The position numbers and the translations under genes were made by a program. Shown piece by piece: positions 12,981-22,147 of a DNA stretch of 64,000 nt (positions are counted from its first letter, which is position 1; every line of letters begins with the position of its first letter). Origin of the DNA: an uncultured Chloroflexia bacterium (lineage in GTDB: Bacteria; Chloroflexota; Limnocylindria; Limnocylindrales; CSP1-4); the NCBI GenBank assembly GCA_963828165.1, contig CAWHDR010000001.1:1760001-1824000 (forward strand), written 5' to 3'. Below the pieces are notes generated by a model that searched no databases, was not told the origin of the DNA, and was given only the letters and a program-made list of their open reading frames with translations.

Positions 12981-15233
12981 CGGGGAGCGTTGGCACGTCG
13001 CCCTCCAGGGTCGGCGGCATCGGGCGCGTGACGGGTCAGCAGGCGTACGTCGCGGATCTCGACCTCGATGACGTCCTCCACGTGAAGCTCGTCACGGTCG
13101 ATGCGGCCCGCGCGCGGATCGGGGAGATCGACGCTCGCGCGGCCCTGGACGTACCCGGCGTCCGGCTGGTGATGACCGCCGCCGATCTGCCGCAACCGCA
13201 TGCCGCGCTTCGGGCCGCAACGTCGAGACCGTCCGGTCCTGGCCGTCGGCGAGACGAAGTACCACGGTGAGCCCGTGGCGGCGGTCGCGGCCGAGACGTC
13301 CGATGCGGCCGAGGAGGCAGCCCGACTCGTCCGCATCGCCTGCGAGGAGCTGCCCGCCAACTACACCCTCGCCGCGTCGCTGGCGGATGGGGCACCGCTC
13401 GTCCAGGACCCGTCCATCCGGCCGGACGATCCGCACGCCGGGACGAACGTCCTCAGCGAGCACCGCTACGGCTGGGGCGATCTCGACGCGGCGATGCGCG
13501 AGGCGGACGTCGTCACCGAGGGCACGTACACCTTCCCGATGGTGACGCAGTTCGCGATCGAGCCCCACGCGTTCATGGCCGCACCCGATGGCGACGGCAT
13601 CGCGATCTGGAGCGCGATCCAGCACCCGTACTGGCTGCAGCGTGTCATCGCAGACCTGGTCGACCTGCCACTCGCCAAGGTCCGGGTATTCGCGCCAGAC
13701 CCCGGCGGGGCGTTCGGTGGCAAGCAGCACGCGAAGTACGAGCCGCTGCTCGCGTTCATGGCGCTCAAGACGGGCCGCCCCGTTCGGCTCGTCCTGACCC
13801 TCGAGGAGACGTTCCAGGCCGTTCGTCGCGGGGCCGCGCAGGTGCGCGTTCGGTCCGGGTTCCGCCGCGACGGGACCCTCGTCTTCCGCGAGATCGACGC
13901 GGACTACCTGATCGGGGCGTATGCGGACATCGCCGACCGAACCGTCGCCAAGGGCAGCTACACGTCCGGCGGACCCTATCGATGCCCGGCCACAAGGATC
14001 GTCGCCCGGAGCGTGCTGTCGCACACCGTCCCGTCCACCGCGTTCCGGGGCTTCGGCAATCCCCAGCAGATCTGGGCCGTCGAATCGAGCATGGACGAGG
14101 CGGCCGTGCAGCTCGGGATCGACCCCCTGGCGCTCCGTCTCATGAATCTCGCCGGACCCGGCGAGGTCTTCCTCCCGGATGACCGGCCCGCCGACGGCGA
14201 CTGGGCCCAGACCGTGAACCGCGCCGCCGAGCTGATCGGCTGGGGGACACCGGTGCCGCCAGGTCGCGGGCGAGGGCTCGCGGTCGGTCTCAAATCCGGT
14301 CCGACGACCGGTCTGTCGTACTCCACGGTCCGACTGCTCGCCGACGGCAGCGTCGTCGTCAACGCGGGCACGTCGGACATGGGCCAGGGCGCTCGGACGA
14401 TCTTTGCCCAGATCGCGGCGGGGGAGCTCGGCGCGCCATTGGAGTGGGTCCGAGTCGTCATGGGCGACACCGCCGTCGTCCCGTACGACCAGCAGACGTC
14501 GGCGAGCCGTTCGTCCGTGCTGATGGGCAACTCGGTCCTTCTCGCCTGCCAGGACGTCCAGACCAAGATCCGGGCGATGGCGGCACGGCTCGAGTCCGTC
14601 GAGGCGGACGCCGTCGAGGTGTCGCGCGGCGAGGTCCGGATCGGCGACCGGGTCTCGCCGATCCGCGACATTCTGGTCCGAGGTCTGGGTCGACTCGGCG
14701 GGGAGCTCATCGGGATCGGCGAGGCGCGCAAGGAGGCCGAGCCGGAGCATCCCCTCGGGGGGACTGCCGCGTTCTACGAATTCAATTGCACGGCGGTCGA
14801 GGTCGAGGTCGACCGGGACACCGGCGATGTCGTCGTCGCCCGCTACGTCACCGTTTCGGACGTCGGCAAGGCGCTGAACCCAACGCAGGTCCGCGGCCAG
14901 GACGAGGGCGCGGCGATCATGGGCCTCGGTCATACGTTGATGGAGCAGTACATCTACGACGACACAGGGCGGCTTCGGAACCTCGGTGCCATCGATTACC
15001 GGATCCCGACGAGCATGGACCTGCCCCTCCAGATGGAGAGCGACATCGTCGAGAACGAGGACGGTCCAGGGCCGTATGGCGCCAAGGGCATGAGTGAGGG
15101 CGCGCTGCTCCCGGTCGCTCCGGCCGTGGCAGCCGCGGTCCGTGACGCGACCGGCGTCGTCATCCGCGACCTGCCACTCACGCCGGAGCGCGTCTGGCGC
15201 GCGCTTCAGGACGCGGACGTGGAAGCCTCGTGA
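12977..15233 (+). CDS. Xanthine dehydrogenase family molybdopterin-binding (large) subunit; +1 frameshift near 13199
   Basis: RVTG...YVAD N-terminus joins PRFGP..GGAFGGK, FRGFGNPQ, GQG, SASRS, GAKGMSE after removing one base. Confidence 0.9.
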
Positions 15234-17383
15234 CCTACGCCTTTCCCCTCGACGGGTCGCATCCCGGCACGCTCGACGACGCGAAGGCACTCGTCGGTGG
15301 CAAGGCCGCGAACCTCGGCGTCATGGCGCGTGACCTCGGCCTCCCGGTGCCGCCGGGCTTCGCGATCACCACGGCGGCCTGCCGCGAGTTCCTGGCCACC
15401 GGCTGGCCAGCCGGCCTCGACGATGAGATCCGCGCCCGGATGGCCGACGTCGAGACCGCGGTCGGGCGGCGCTTCGGCGACCCGTCGGACCCGCTCTTGG
15501 TCAGCGTCCGGTCGGGAGCCCCTGTTTCGATGCCCGGGATGATGGACACGGTCTTGAACCTCGGGCTGAACGACGCGACGACCGAGGGCCTGGCTCGGGC
15601 CGTGGACGACGCCTTCGCCCGGAGCTGTCGGGAGCGCTTCGTCGCGAGCTTCCGTTCGATCGTCGGCGTGGCCCACGTCCCCGAGGATCCCTGGCTCCAG
15701 TTGCGCTCGGCGATCGAAGCCGTCTTCCGTTCCTGGAACAGCGATCGTGCCAGGACGTACCGCCGCAAGGAGGGCATCCCCGACGACCTCGGGACGGCCG
15801 TCACGGTCCAGGCGATGGTCTTCGGCAATCGGGGTCCGGATTCGGCCACCGGTGTGCTGTTCACTCGCAACCCGGCGACCGGGGAGTCCGCGCCATACGG
15901 CGACGTGATGTTCGACGCCCAGGGTGACGACGTCGTGGCCGGAACGCATCAGACCGAGCCGATCGCCGTTCTCGACGAGCGCATGCCGTCAGTCGCCGCC
16001 GAACTACGCGATCACGCGGCGCGGCTGGAGCGGCACTACGCCGATCTGTGCGACATCGAATTCACGATCGAGGACGGACGGCTGTGGATGCTCCAGGTCC
16101 GGGTCGGCAAGCGCAGTCCGCAGGCGGCGCTGCGGATGGCCGTCGACATGGCCGAGGACGAGTCGTTTCCGCTCTCGCGAGCTGAGGCGGTCGACCGGGT
16201 CGCGTCACTGCTCGCCGATCCGCCCGAGGTCGCGACGGGTCGCAGCGGCGTGGCCGCGCCCTTGACCGTGGGGCTGCCGGCCTCGCCAGGAGTGGCGAGT
16301 GGCCCGATCGTCACGAACCCCGAAGCGGCCGTGGCCGCCGCAAGCGAAGGACGCGCCGCGATCCTCGTCCGTGCCGAGACGTCCCCCGACGACGTGCACG
16401 GCATGGCCAAGGCGGCGGGGATCCTGACATCGCGGGGCGGCCTCGCGAGCCACGCTGCGGTCGTCGCGCGCGGGTGGGGCATCCCGGCGGTGGTCGGTGC
16501 TTCTGGGATCGAGGTCCGCGATGGCGCAATGGTCGTGGGCGACCGGACCCTCAAGGCCGGCGAGGTCGTCACGATCGACGGCGGCACCGGTGAGGTCTTC
16601 GAAGGCTCGGTCGCCGGCGCGACGGAGCCGATGCCGGAGGCGCGGACGCTGCTGGCCTGGGCGGAGGAGCACGGGATCTTCGTCGACGACGCCACGGCCG
16701 TCATCGCGGAGCCCACCGAAGCGGCCGCGAGCGAGCCCTCAGGGGCTTCCGCGGCGGCACACGACGTCTCGGCGGACGACTGCGTCCGGGCCCTCGCGAT
16801 CAAGGGCCTCGCCCAGGTCGAGGCGGTCGCCGACGTCGTCTTCTCCACGGCTGACGACGCCCGCCCGATCCTGGACCAGCTCGTCGCCGACGGGCTGGTC
16901 GCCTCGGTCGCCGGCGCCTACAAGCTGACCGAGTCCGGTACGAGCCGGGCGGCCGACGTGCTCACCGCAGAACGAGAGGCGTGGGGCACGGAACCCGCCG
17001 CTGCCGCGCTCGATGCGTTCCTGGGCCTCGACCACCGGGTGAAGGTCATCGTTACGGCCTGGCAGCTCCGCGGCGACCCGGACAGCGGCGTCGTGAACGA
17101 CCATTCGGACACGGACTACGACCGCGATGTGCTCGAGCGCCTCGCCGCCCTCCACGCGGATGCGATGTCCTGGCTGACGCCCCAGGCCGAGGGCCTCAGC
17201 CGACTGGCCGACTATGGCGTCCGGCTCGGTCGCGCGGTCGAGGCCGCCGCGGGCGGGGATAACCGGTACGTGGCCTCACCGCGCGTCGACAGCTACCACG
17301 GCATCTGGTTCGAGCTCCATGAGGACCTCATCCGCCTCGCCGGTCGTACGCGCGAAGAGGAGTCGGCCGCCGGCCGCGCGTAG
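15230..17383 (+). CDS. PPDK-like protein: ATP-grasp and phospho-His domains fused to a winged-helix/helical C-terminal domain instead of the PEP/pyruvate TIM barrel
   Basis: GGKAANL, VPPGF.ITT, LVSVRSGA..SMPGMMDTVLNLG, DIEFTIE, RGGLASHAAVVARG; C-terminus L..L...GLV....Y.LT..G and SYHGIWFELHEDL. Confidence 0.85.
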   Translation: MTYAFPLDGSHPGTLDDAKALVGGKAANLGVMARDLGLPVPPGFAITTAACREFLATGWPAGLDDEIRARMADVETAVGRRFGDPSDPLLVSVRSGAPVSMPGMMDTVLNLGLNDATTEGLARAVDDAFARSCRERFVASFRSIVGVAHVPEDPWLQLRSAIEAVFRSWNSDRARTYRRKEGIPDDLGTAVTVQAMVFGNRGPDSATGVLFTRNPATGESAPYGDVMFDAQGDDVVAGTHQTEPIAVLDERMPSVAAELRDHAARLERHYADLCDIEFTIEDGRLWMLQVRVGKRSPQAALRMAVDMAEDESFPLSRAEAVDRVASLLADPPEVATGRSGVAAPLTVGLPASPGVASGPIVTNPEAAVAAASEGRAAILVRAETSPDDVHGMAKAAGILTSRGGLASHAAVVARGWGIPAVVGASGIEVRDGAMVVGDRTLKAGEVVTIDGGTGEVFEGSVAGATEPMPEARTLLAWAEEHGIFVDDATAVIAEPTEAAASEPSGASAAAHDVSADDCVRALAIKGLAQVEAVADVVFSTADDARPILDQLVADGLVASVAGAYKLTESGTSRAADVLTAEREAWGTEPAAAALDAFLGLDHRVKVIVTAWQLRGDPDSGVVNDHSDTDYDRDVLERLAALHADAMSWLTPQAEGLSRLADYGVRLGRAVEAAAGGDNRYVASPRVDSYHGIWFELHEDLIRLAGRTREEESAAGRA

Positions 17384-17403
17384 TTAACCCAGCCTTGGGA
17401 CAT

Positions 17404-17424
17404 GACACTTTGCGACGCTTGCGT
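17404..17424 (+). repeat. 21-bp imperfect direct repeat, copy 1
   Basis: GACACTTTGCGACGCTTGCGT, 19/21 identical to 18755-18775. Confidence 0.6.
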
Positions 17425-17507
17425 CGCCGGGACGTGCCCACCACGACGATGATCCGGATCACGCTTGACTCACGACCGGCGAGGGGCACGCTGCTAGGCT
17501 CATCGCG

Positions 17508-18032
17508 ATGGCGAACGTGAAGAATCCTCGCTTGACTGCGTCTGACGGGTGGCTGCTCGCGGCGCTCACTGAGAGCTCCCGCGACGGACGACCGGTGACG
17601 TTGCGCTGGTTCATCCACGATGCCGACTGGCTGAACCGGGCGATCCCGACGTTCGACGAGATCAGCTACGGCATGCCGCGGCTCGTGGCCGCCGGGTACG
17701 TGACTGTCGACGGGCTATCCTTTCGAGCCACGCCCAAGGCCACGAAACTGCGGGAGCTCGTGGACGCGGGGACGGTAACACTCGGCGGCGTTATCGTCGG
17801 GATGGAGCGAGCCGTCGAGGCCCTTGGCGATGCCTCTCAGGAGCCCGAGGATCGCTCGCTTGGCAGGTTGCCGGGCTTTTCGCCTGGCGACCTCGCAGCG
17901 GCCGTGCACGAGCACGGAGCCTGGGTGGAGCGGTGGTCGCGCGTCGTCGTCCTGCCGGCTGTCGCCGCGATGAGGCTCGGCACCGCGATCGGTTCGGTGC
18001 TCGTTCGCATCCGCGACCGCCGGGCCCGATAG
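17508..18032 (+). CDS. Hypothetical protein (possible winged helix), probably leaderless
   Basis: TAGGCT 7 nt before ATG; AD..NRAIPT.DEI..G..RL...G. Confidence 0.7.
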   Translation: MANVKNPRLTASDGWLLAALTESSRDGRPVTLRWFIHDADWLNRAIPTFDEISYGMPRLVAAGYVTVDGLSFRATPKATKLRELVDAGTVTLGGVIVGMERAVEALGDASQEPEDRSLGRLPGFSPGDLAAAVHEHGAWVERWSRVVVLPAVAAMRLGTAIGSVLVRIRDRRAR

Positions 18033-18186
18033 AACATTCCGGACGCTGAGCGACCTCTCTATTGTCATTGACGCACGCTTTGCGAGCCGACCGACTTCGC
18101 CCTCGAACCGAGGTTCCCCTATGCGGATACATTGCCGGTCGATGACATCTCCCATGCCTCGTTCGTCTCGATGCACGACCCGCAAC

Positions 18187-18725
18187 GTGGCTAGCCGTAC
18201 GACGAAGGCTCATCGCGGATCGATCGGTTTCCGCATCTTCTGTGGTCTCATCGGGGTATCTGTCGCCTGCATCGCGTTCGGTAGCGTCGTCGCGATCGCG
18301 TCCGGCGGGTATCGACCCGAGGTCTATGCCGGCGGGTTCGATCCGATCCGTGCCAGCATGGTGCTGGCGTTCGTGCTGTTGACCGTCGGCTTTGGCCTTC
18401 CGTTGGGCGCAGCGCCCCTCCAGTGGCTTCGCGAGGGTGAGCGGCCCAGTCTGGCAGCCATGGCCTTCTGGGCTGGGCTCACGATCGCTGGCGTCTCGAT
18501 CGTCTCGGTGCTCACATCACCGATACGGCCAAATGGGACGCTGGCGGCACCCGAGTGGTCCCGAGCCGGGTCCTTCTCGGCCTGGGTCTGCTGGTCGCGG
18601 GGATGCTCACAGCCGCGGCCAGCAGCGTCATCGAGTCGATGCGGCGGCGGGACTGGTTCCATGTGACTTTGGCGCTCGTCGCGGCCGGGTTGATCGGACT
18701 GTTTGTCTGGTATCGGCTGACCTAG
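18187..18725 (+). CDS. Hypothetical multi-pass membrane protein, frameshifted near 18550
   Basis: Hydrophobic helices in the 18121 ORF frame continue in another frame as VVPSRVLLGLGLLVAG..ALVAAGLIGLFVWYRLT*; start uncertain. Confidence 0.5.
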
Positions 18726-18754
18726 CATCGTCGTCCGCTCCGGTGTCATTGGCG

Positions 18755-18775
18755 GACACAGTGCGACGCTTGCGT
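18755..18775 (+). repeat. 21-bp imperfect direct repeat, copy 2
   Basis: GACACAGTGCGACGCTTGCGT. Confidence 0.6.
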
Positions 18776-19039
18776 GCTCTACGCCCGAAGGTGATGACGA
18801 GGTGAGCCGATGACTCTGGTTGCGATCGAACCAGCGGGCGAGCTCCCGAACCTCCGCAGGGCGCGTGGCTCAGGTGGTCTCGATCCGTCCTCCGAGCGGT
18901 TCGATGGCCCGATCCAGGTCCGCGCGGGACTCGATCACTGCGAGGTCATCCCGAAAGGGCGGCTGCGGAACGGACCAGAGTGATCCCATAGTGGCCCACT
19001 GGAGCCGCGCTCGAGGCGCCTCGTTCTAGCATGGTGGCC

Positions 19040-19357
19040 ATGACGTCCTCGCCCGCCCGACCCGCCATCACGAATGCCGTCGCGCGCGAGCGTTACGAGG
19101 CGCATCTCGACGGTGAGCTCGCGGGCGTCCTCGAATACAAGGTCAAGCGCGGGCGGATCGCGCTCATCCATACGGAGGTGCTGCCCGTTCATGAGGGCCG
19201 CGGTGTGGGGTCTGCGCTCGTCCGCTTTGCGCTCGATGACGCTCGTCGGCGCAACCTGCGGGTCTTCGCGACCTGTCCGTACGTCAAGGCCTATCTGACG
19301 CGACACCCGGAGGTCGCCGACATCGTCGTCGGGAGCGGTCGCGCGAGCAACGAGTGA
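19040..19357 (+). CDS. Small GNAT acetyltransferase (YjdJ-like), probably leaderless
   Basis: HTEV...EGRGVGS.LV..AL...R......CPYV..Y; TAGCAT 7 nt before ATG. Confidence 0.88.
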   Translation: MTSSPARPAITNAVARERYEAHLDGELAGVLEYKVKRGRIALIHTEVLPVHEGRGVGSALVRFALDDARRRNLRVFATCPYVKAYLTRHPEVADIVVGSGRASNE

Positions 19358-19375
19358 CGCCGTTGCGCCGGAGGC

Positions 19376-20269
19376 TCAGCGGCCCTTCGAGTACCCCGTG
19401 GCGGTCAGCTTGTCCCAGAGCGAACCGGCGTTGTTGTTCTGGATGTGATCCATCATGTAGCCCTGCCCGACATCGACCGGGCCGAAGGCATCGTCGAACC
19501 GGACCCGCTCGACGGTTTCCTCCCGTGTCCAGCCCTTGGCGACAGCGTCGGCGACGGCGGCCTTCCAGACAAGCAGCACGGCCCGCTGGGTGTCCACGTA
19601 GCTGAGTGGCTGCACCGGTCCGTGCCCAGGCACGACGTGGTCGACGTCCAGCTGGCGGATGCGCTCCAGCGCCTCGATCCACTGGTCCACGTCCGACGTC
19701 ATCAACCATGTCTGACACTCGCTGAAGATCGTGTCGCCGGTGAACACGACGCGCTCCTCCGGCACATGGACGGCCAGCTGGCCCGGCGTGTGGCCGGGGG
19801 TATGGAGCAGGTGGAACGTGTGGTCGCCGACACGAAGCGTCAGGTCGCCGGTGAAGACGACGGTGCCCTTGTTCGGATCCTCGTAATAGACGTCACGGTC
19901 GGGAATCAGCGGCGCGGCCTCGGGATCATCGGTCGGGATGGCCTCGAGCGCGTAGGCGAACGGGTCCAGCGCGGCACTCGGGTCCATGAAGTTGTCGTAC
20001 AGGCCTTGGTGGTTGACCACCGGCACGCCCTTGAACCAGTAGTTCCCGAAGATGTGGTCGACGTGATGTTCCGTGTTGATGAGGTAACGGATCGGCCCGT
20101 GCGTCTCCGCTTCCGCGCGCATCGCGATCGCTCGCGTCGGCAGCTGGGGCGTGTCGATGTGGACGACCCCATCGGCCGTCGTCACGAAGCTCGGATTGCA
20201 GCCGCGCAGCTTGGTCGTCGTGTAGACATTGGGCGTGACGCGCTCGAGCTCGATGGCGGCGGTCGCCAT
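19376..20269 (-). CDS. Metallo-beta-lactamase-fold hydrolase (cyclase/lactonase-like)
   Basis: INTEHHVDHIFGN (first His of HxHxDH replaced by Glu), PGHT, FTGD, VPGHG. Confidence 0.85.
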   Translation of the reverse strand: MATAAIELERVTPNVYTTTKLRGCNPSFVTTADGVVHIDTPQLPTRAIAMRAEAETHGPIRYLINTEHHVDHIFGNYWFKGVPVVNHQGLYDNFMDPSAALDPFAYALEAIPTDDPEAAPLIPDRDVYYEDPNKGTVVFTGDLTLRVGDHTFHLLHTPGHTPGQLAVHVPEERVVFTGDTIFSECQTWLMTSDVDQWIEALERIRQLDVDHVVPGHGPVQPLSYVDTQRAVLLVWKAAVADAVAKGWTREETVERVRFDDAFGPVDVGQGYMMDHIQNNNAGSLWDKLTATGYSKGR

Positions 20270-20271
20270 CG

Positions 20272-21057
20272 CTACTGGGTCGCCGTCAGGCCGCCGTCGA
20301 TCCCCAGGATCTGGCCGGTCACGAACGAGGCGGCGTCGGAGCACAGGAAGATCGCCGGGCCGACGATGTCGCGCGTCTCACCGACCCGCCCGAGCGGGAT
20401 CCGGTTGACGATGCCCGCCTTGAACTCCGGGTCGGCCAGCAGCGACGCGACCTGCGGTGTATCCACGAAGGTCGGCATGATCGCGTTGACGCGGATGCCG
20501 TGCGGCGCCCACTCCGTCGCCCACTGGCGGGTGAGCGAATTGATCGCGCCCTTGGCCGCCACGTAGGCCGAATAGCCGGCCTTGATCCCGAGGTTGCCGC
20601 GGACCGACGAGATGTTCAGGATCCGGCCGCCGCTGCCCTGGGCGATCATCTGGCGCGCCGCGGCCTGGGTCGGGACGACCGTGCTGCGCACGTTCAGGTC
20701 CATGATCCAGTCCCAGTCCGAGCGGGGATAGGTCTCGGCGTCGTGCAGGACCTTGCCGGCGCCGCCGCCGACGGCATTGATCAGGATGTCGAGCCGGCCG
20801 AATCGCTCGACCGACTCGCGGACCAGCCGATCGGCGTCCGCCTCGTCCGTCGCGTCCGCCACGACCGCCAGACCTTCGCCGCCGGCGGCCTCGACCTGCG
20901 AAACAGTGGTGTCGAGCGACTCCCGCGTCCGCCCCCCGACGACGACGTTCGCTCCGGCCCCGGCGAGGGCCACCGCCAGCGCCGATCCGATGCCACCGCC
21001 ACCACCCGGGACCAGGGCGACGAGGCCGTCCAGGCTGAAGTCGTCGAGTCCGGCCAT
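20272..21057 (-). CDS. SDR family oxidoreductase
   Basis: PGGGGGIG, YVAAK, IRVNAI.P, FVTGQIL..DGG. Confidence 0.92.
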   Translation of the reverse strand: MAGLDDFSLDGLVALVPGGGGGIGSALAVALAGAGANVVVGGRTRESLDTTVSQVEAAGGEGLAVVADATDEADADRLVRESVERFGRLDILINAVGGGAGKVLHDAETYPRSDWDWIMDLNVRSTVVPTQAAARQMIAQGSGGRILNISSVRGNLGIKAGYSAYVAAKGAINSLTRQWATEWAPHGIRVNAIMPTFVDTPQVASLLADPEFKAGIVNRIPLGRVGETRDIVGPAIFLCSDAASFVTGQILGIDGGLTATQ

Positions 21058-21159
21058 CGTGCTCCCTTCAGGTTTTGGTCGATTATCGCGTAGCGCCACT
21101 GCGGAGCGCCGCGAACGAGCGGGTCGGTCTGACGCCGACGTGGCCTTCCGGCGTACGAT

Positions 21160-21173
21160 AGTAAACGGTTACT
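21160..21173. promoter_or_regulatory. Putative LacI-family operator
   Basis: AGTAAACGGTTACT near-palindrome with central CG, directly after a TACGAT -10 box in a divergent intergenic region. Confidence 0.6.
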
Positions 21174-21205
21174 GGTCCCGCCCCCACGACCCCACGGAGC
21201 GCGCC

Positions 21206-22147
21206 ATGACGCTGAACCTCGACGGCCTGATCCCCGCCACCGTGCTGCCCATGGACGCCGACGGTGGCATCGATGAGCCGGCCCTGCGGTCGTACATCGG
21301 CTGGGTCGTGGCCCAGGGCCCCGTCGCCCTCGCGATCAACGTGGACACCGGCGAGGGGCCGCACCTGACCCACGACGAGAAGGTGCGCATCCTCGAGATC
21401 GTCCGCGACGTGACCGACATCCCGATCGTGGCAGGTCTGGCGGGACCGTCCACCGACGCGGCCGTGCGCCAGGCTCGCGACTTCCGAGTCGCGGGCGCGG
21501 ATGCCCTGCTCGTATTCCCGATCCCGGCCTACCTGAGCCAGCCGCTCGACCCCCGCGTTCCGGTCGCCTATCACGAGGCCATCGCCGACGTCGGCCTGCC
21601 GCTCATCCTCTTCCAGCTGCAACCGGCCCTGGCCGGGGTGAATTTCGAGACCGACACGCTCCAGGCCATGGCGTCGGTGGAGGGTGTCGTCGCGATCAAG
21701 GAAGCGTCCTTCGACGCCCGGCGCTTCGTCGATACCGCCCGGTTGTTGGAACAGCTCCCGCGCAAGATCACCCTGCTGACCGGCAACGACAACTTCATCC
21801 TGGAGTCGTTCCTGCTCGGCGCGACGGGCGCGCTCATCGGCTTCGGCGCGGTGATGACGCGCGAGCAGGTGGAGATGATCGCCGCCTGGCAGGCCGGTGA
21901 CACCGAGACTGCGATGGCGCTCGGGCGCCGGGTCCAGCGCCTTGCCGACGTGGTGTTCGCCGCGCCGGTCGGCGACTACCGGGTCCGGCTCAAGGAATGC
22001 CTGCGCATCCTCGGCGTGCTGGACTCCGCGCACGTGCGCCGCCCGCTGCTGCCGATCAGCGACGACGAGCGCGCGTTCCTTGCGAACGTCCTGGCCGAGG
22101 TCGGCCTGCAGGAGGACGCCCCGGCGGCACCGGTCCTGGCCCGATGA
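21206..22147 (+). CDS. Dihydrodipicolinate synthase/N-acetylneuraminate lyase family aldolase (not DapA)
   Basis: L.G.IPA...P, DTGE...LT.DE, Schiff-base Lys in VVAIKEAS. Confidence 0.85.
   Translation: MTLNLDGLIPATVLPMDADGGIDEPALRSYIGWVVAQGPVALAINVDTGEGPHLTHDEKVRILEIVRDVTDIPIVAGLAGPSTDAAVRQARDFRVAGADALLVFPIPAYLSQPLDPRVPVAYHEAIADVGLPLILFQLQPALAGVNFETDTLQAMASVEGVVAIKEASFDARRFVDTARLLEQLPRKITLLTGNDNFILESFLLGATGALIGFGAVMTREQVEMIAAWQAGDTETAMALGRRVQRLADVVFAAPVGDYRVRLKECLRILGVLDSAHVRRPLLPISDDERAFLANVLAEVGLQEDAPAAPVLAR

Noticed and set aside
11542-15233. Aerobic CO dehydrogenase or 4-hydroxybenzoyl-CoA reductase call
   Set aside because: The active-site loop is AFRGFG, not AYxCSFR; the FAD subunit lacks the Cys-rich [4Fe-4S] insert of 4-HBCR beta
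15230-17383. Canonical pyruvate phosphate dikinase (ppdK)
   Set aside because: No C-terminal PEP/pyruvate-binding barrel
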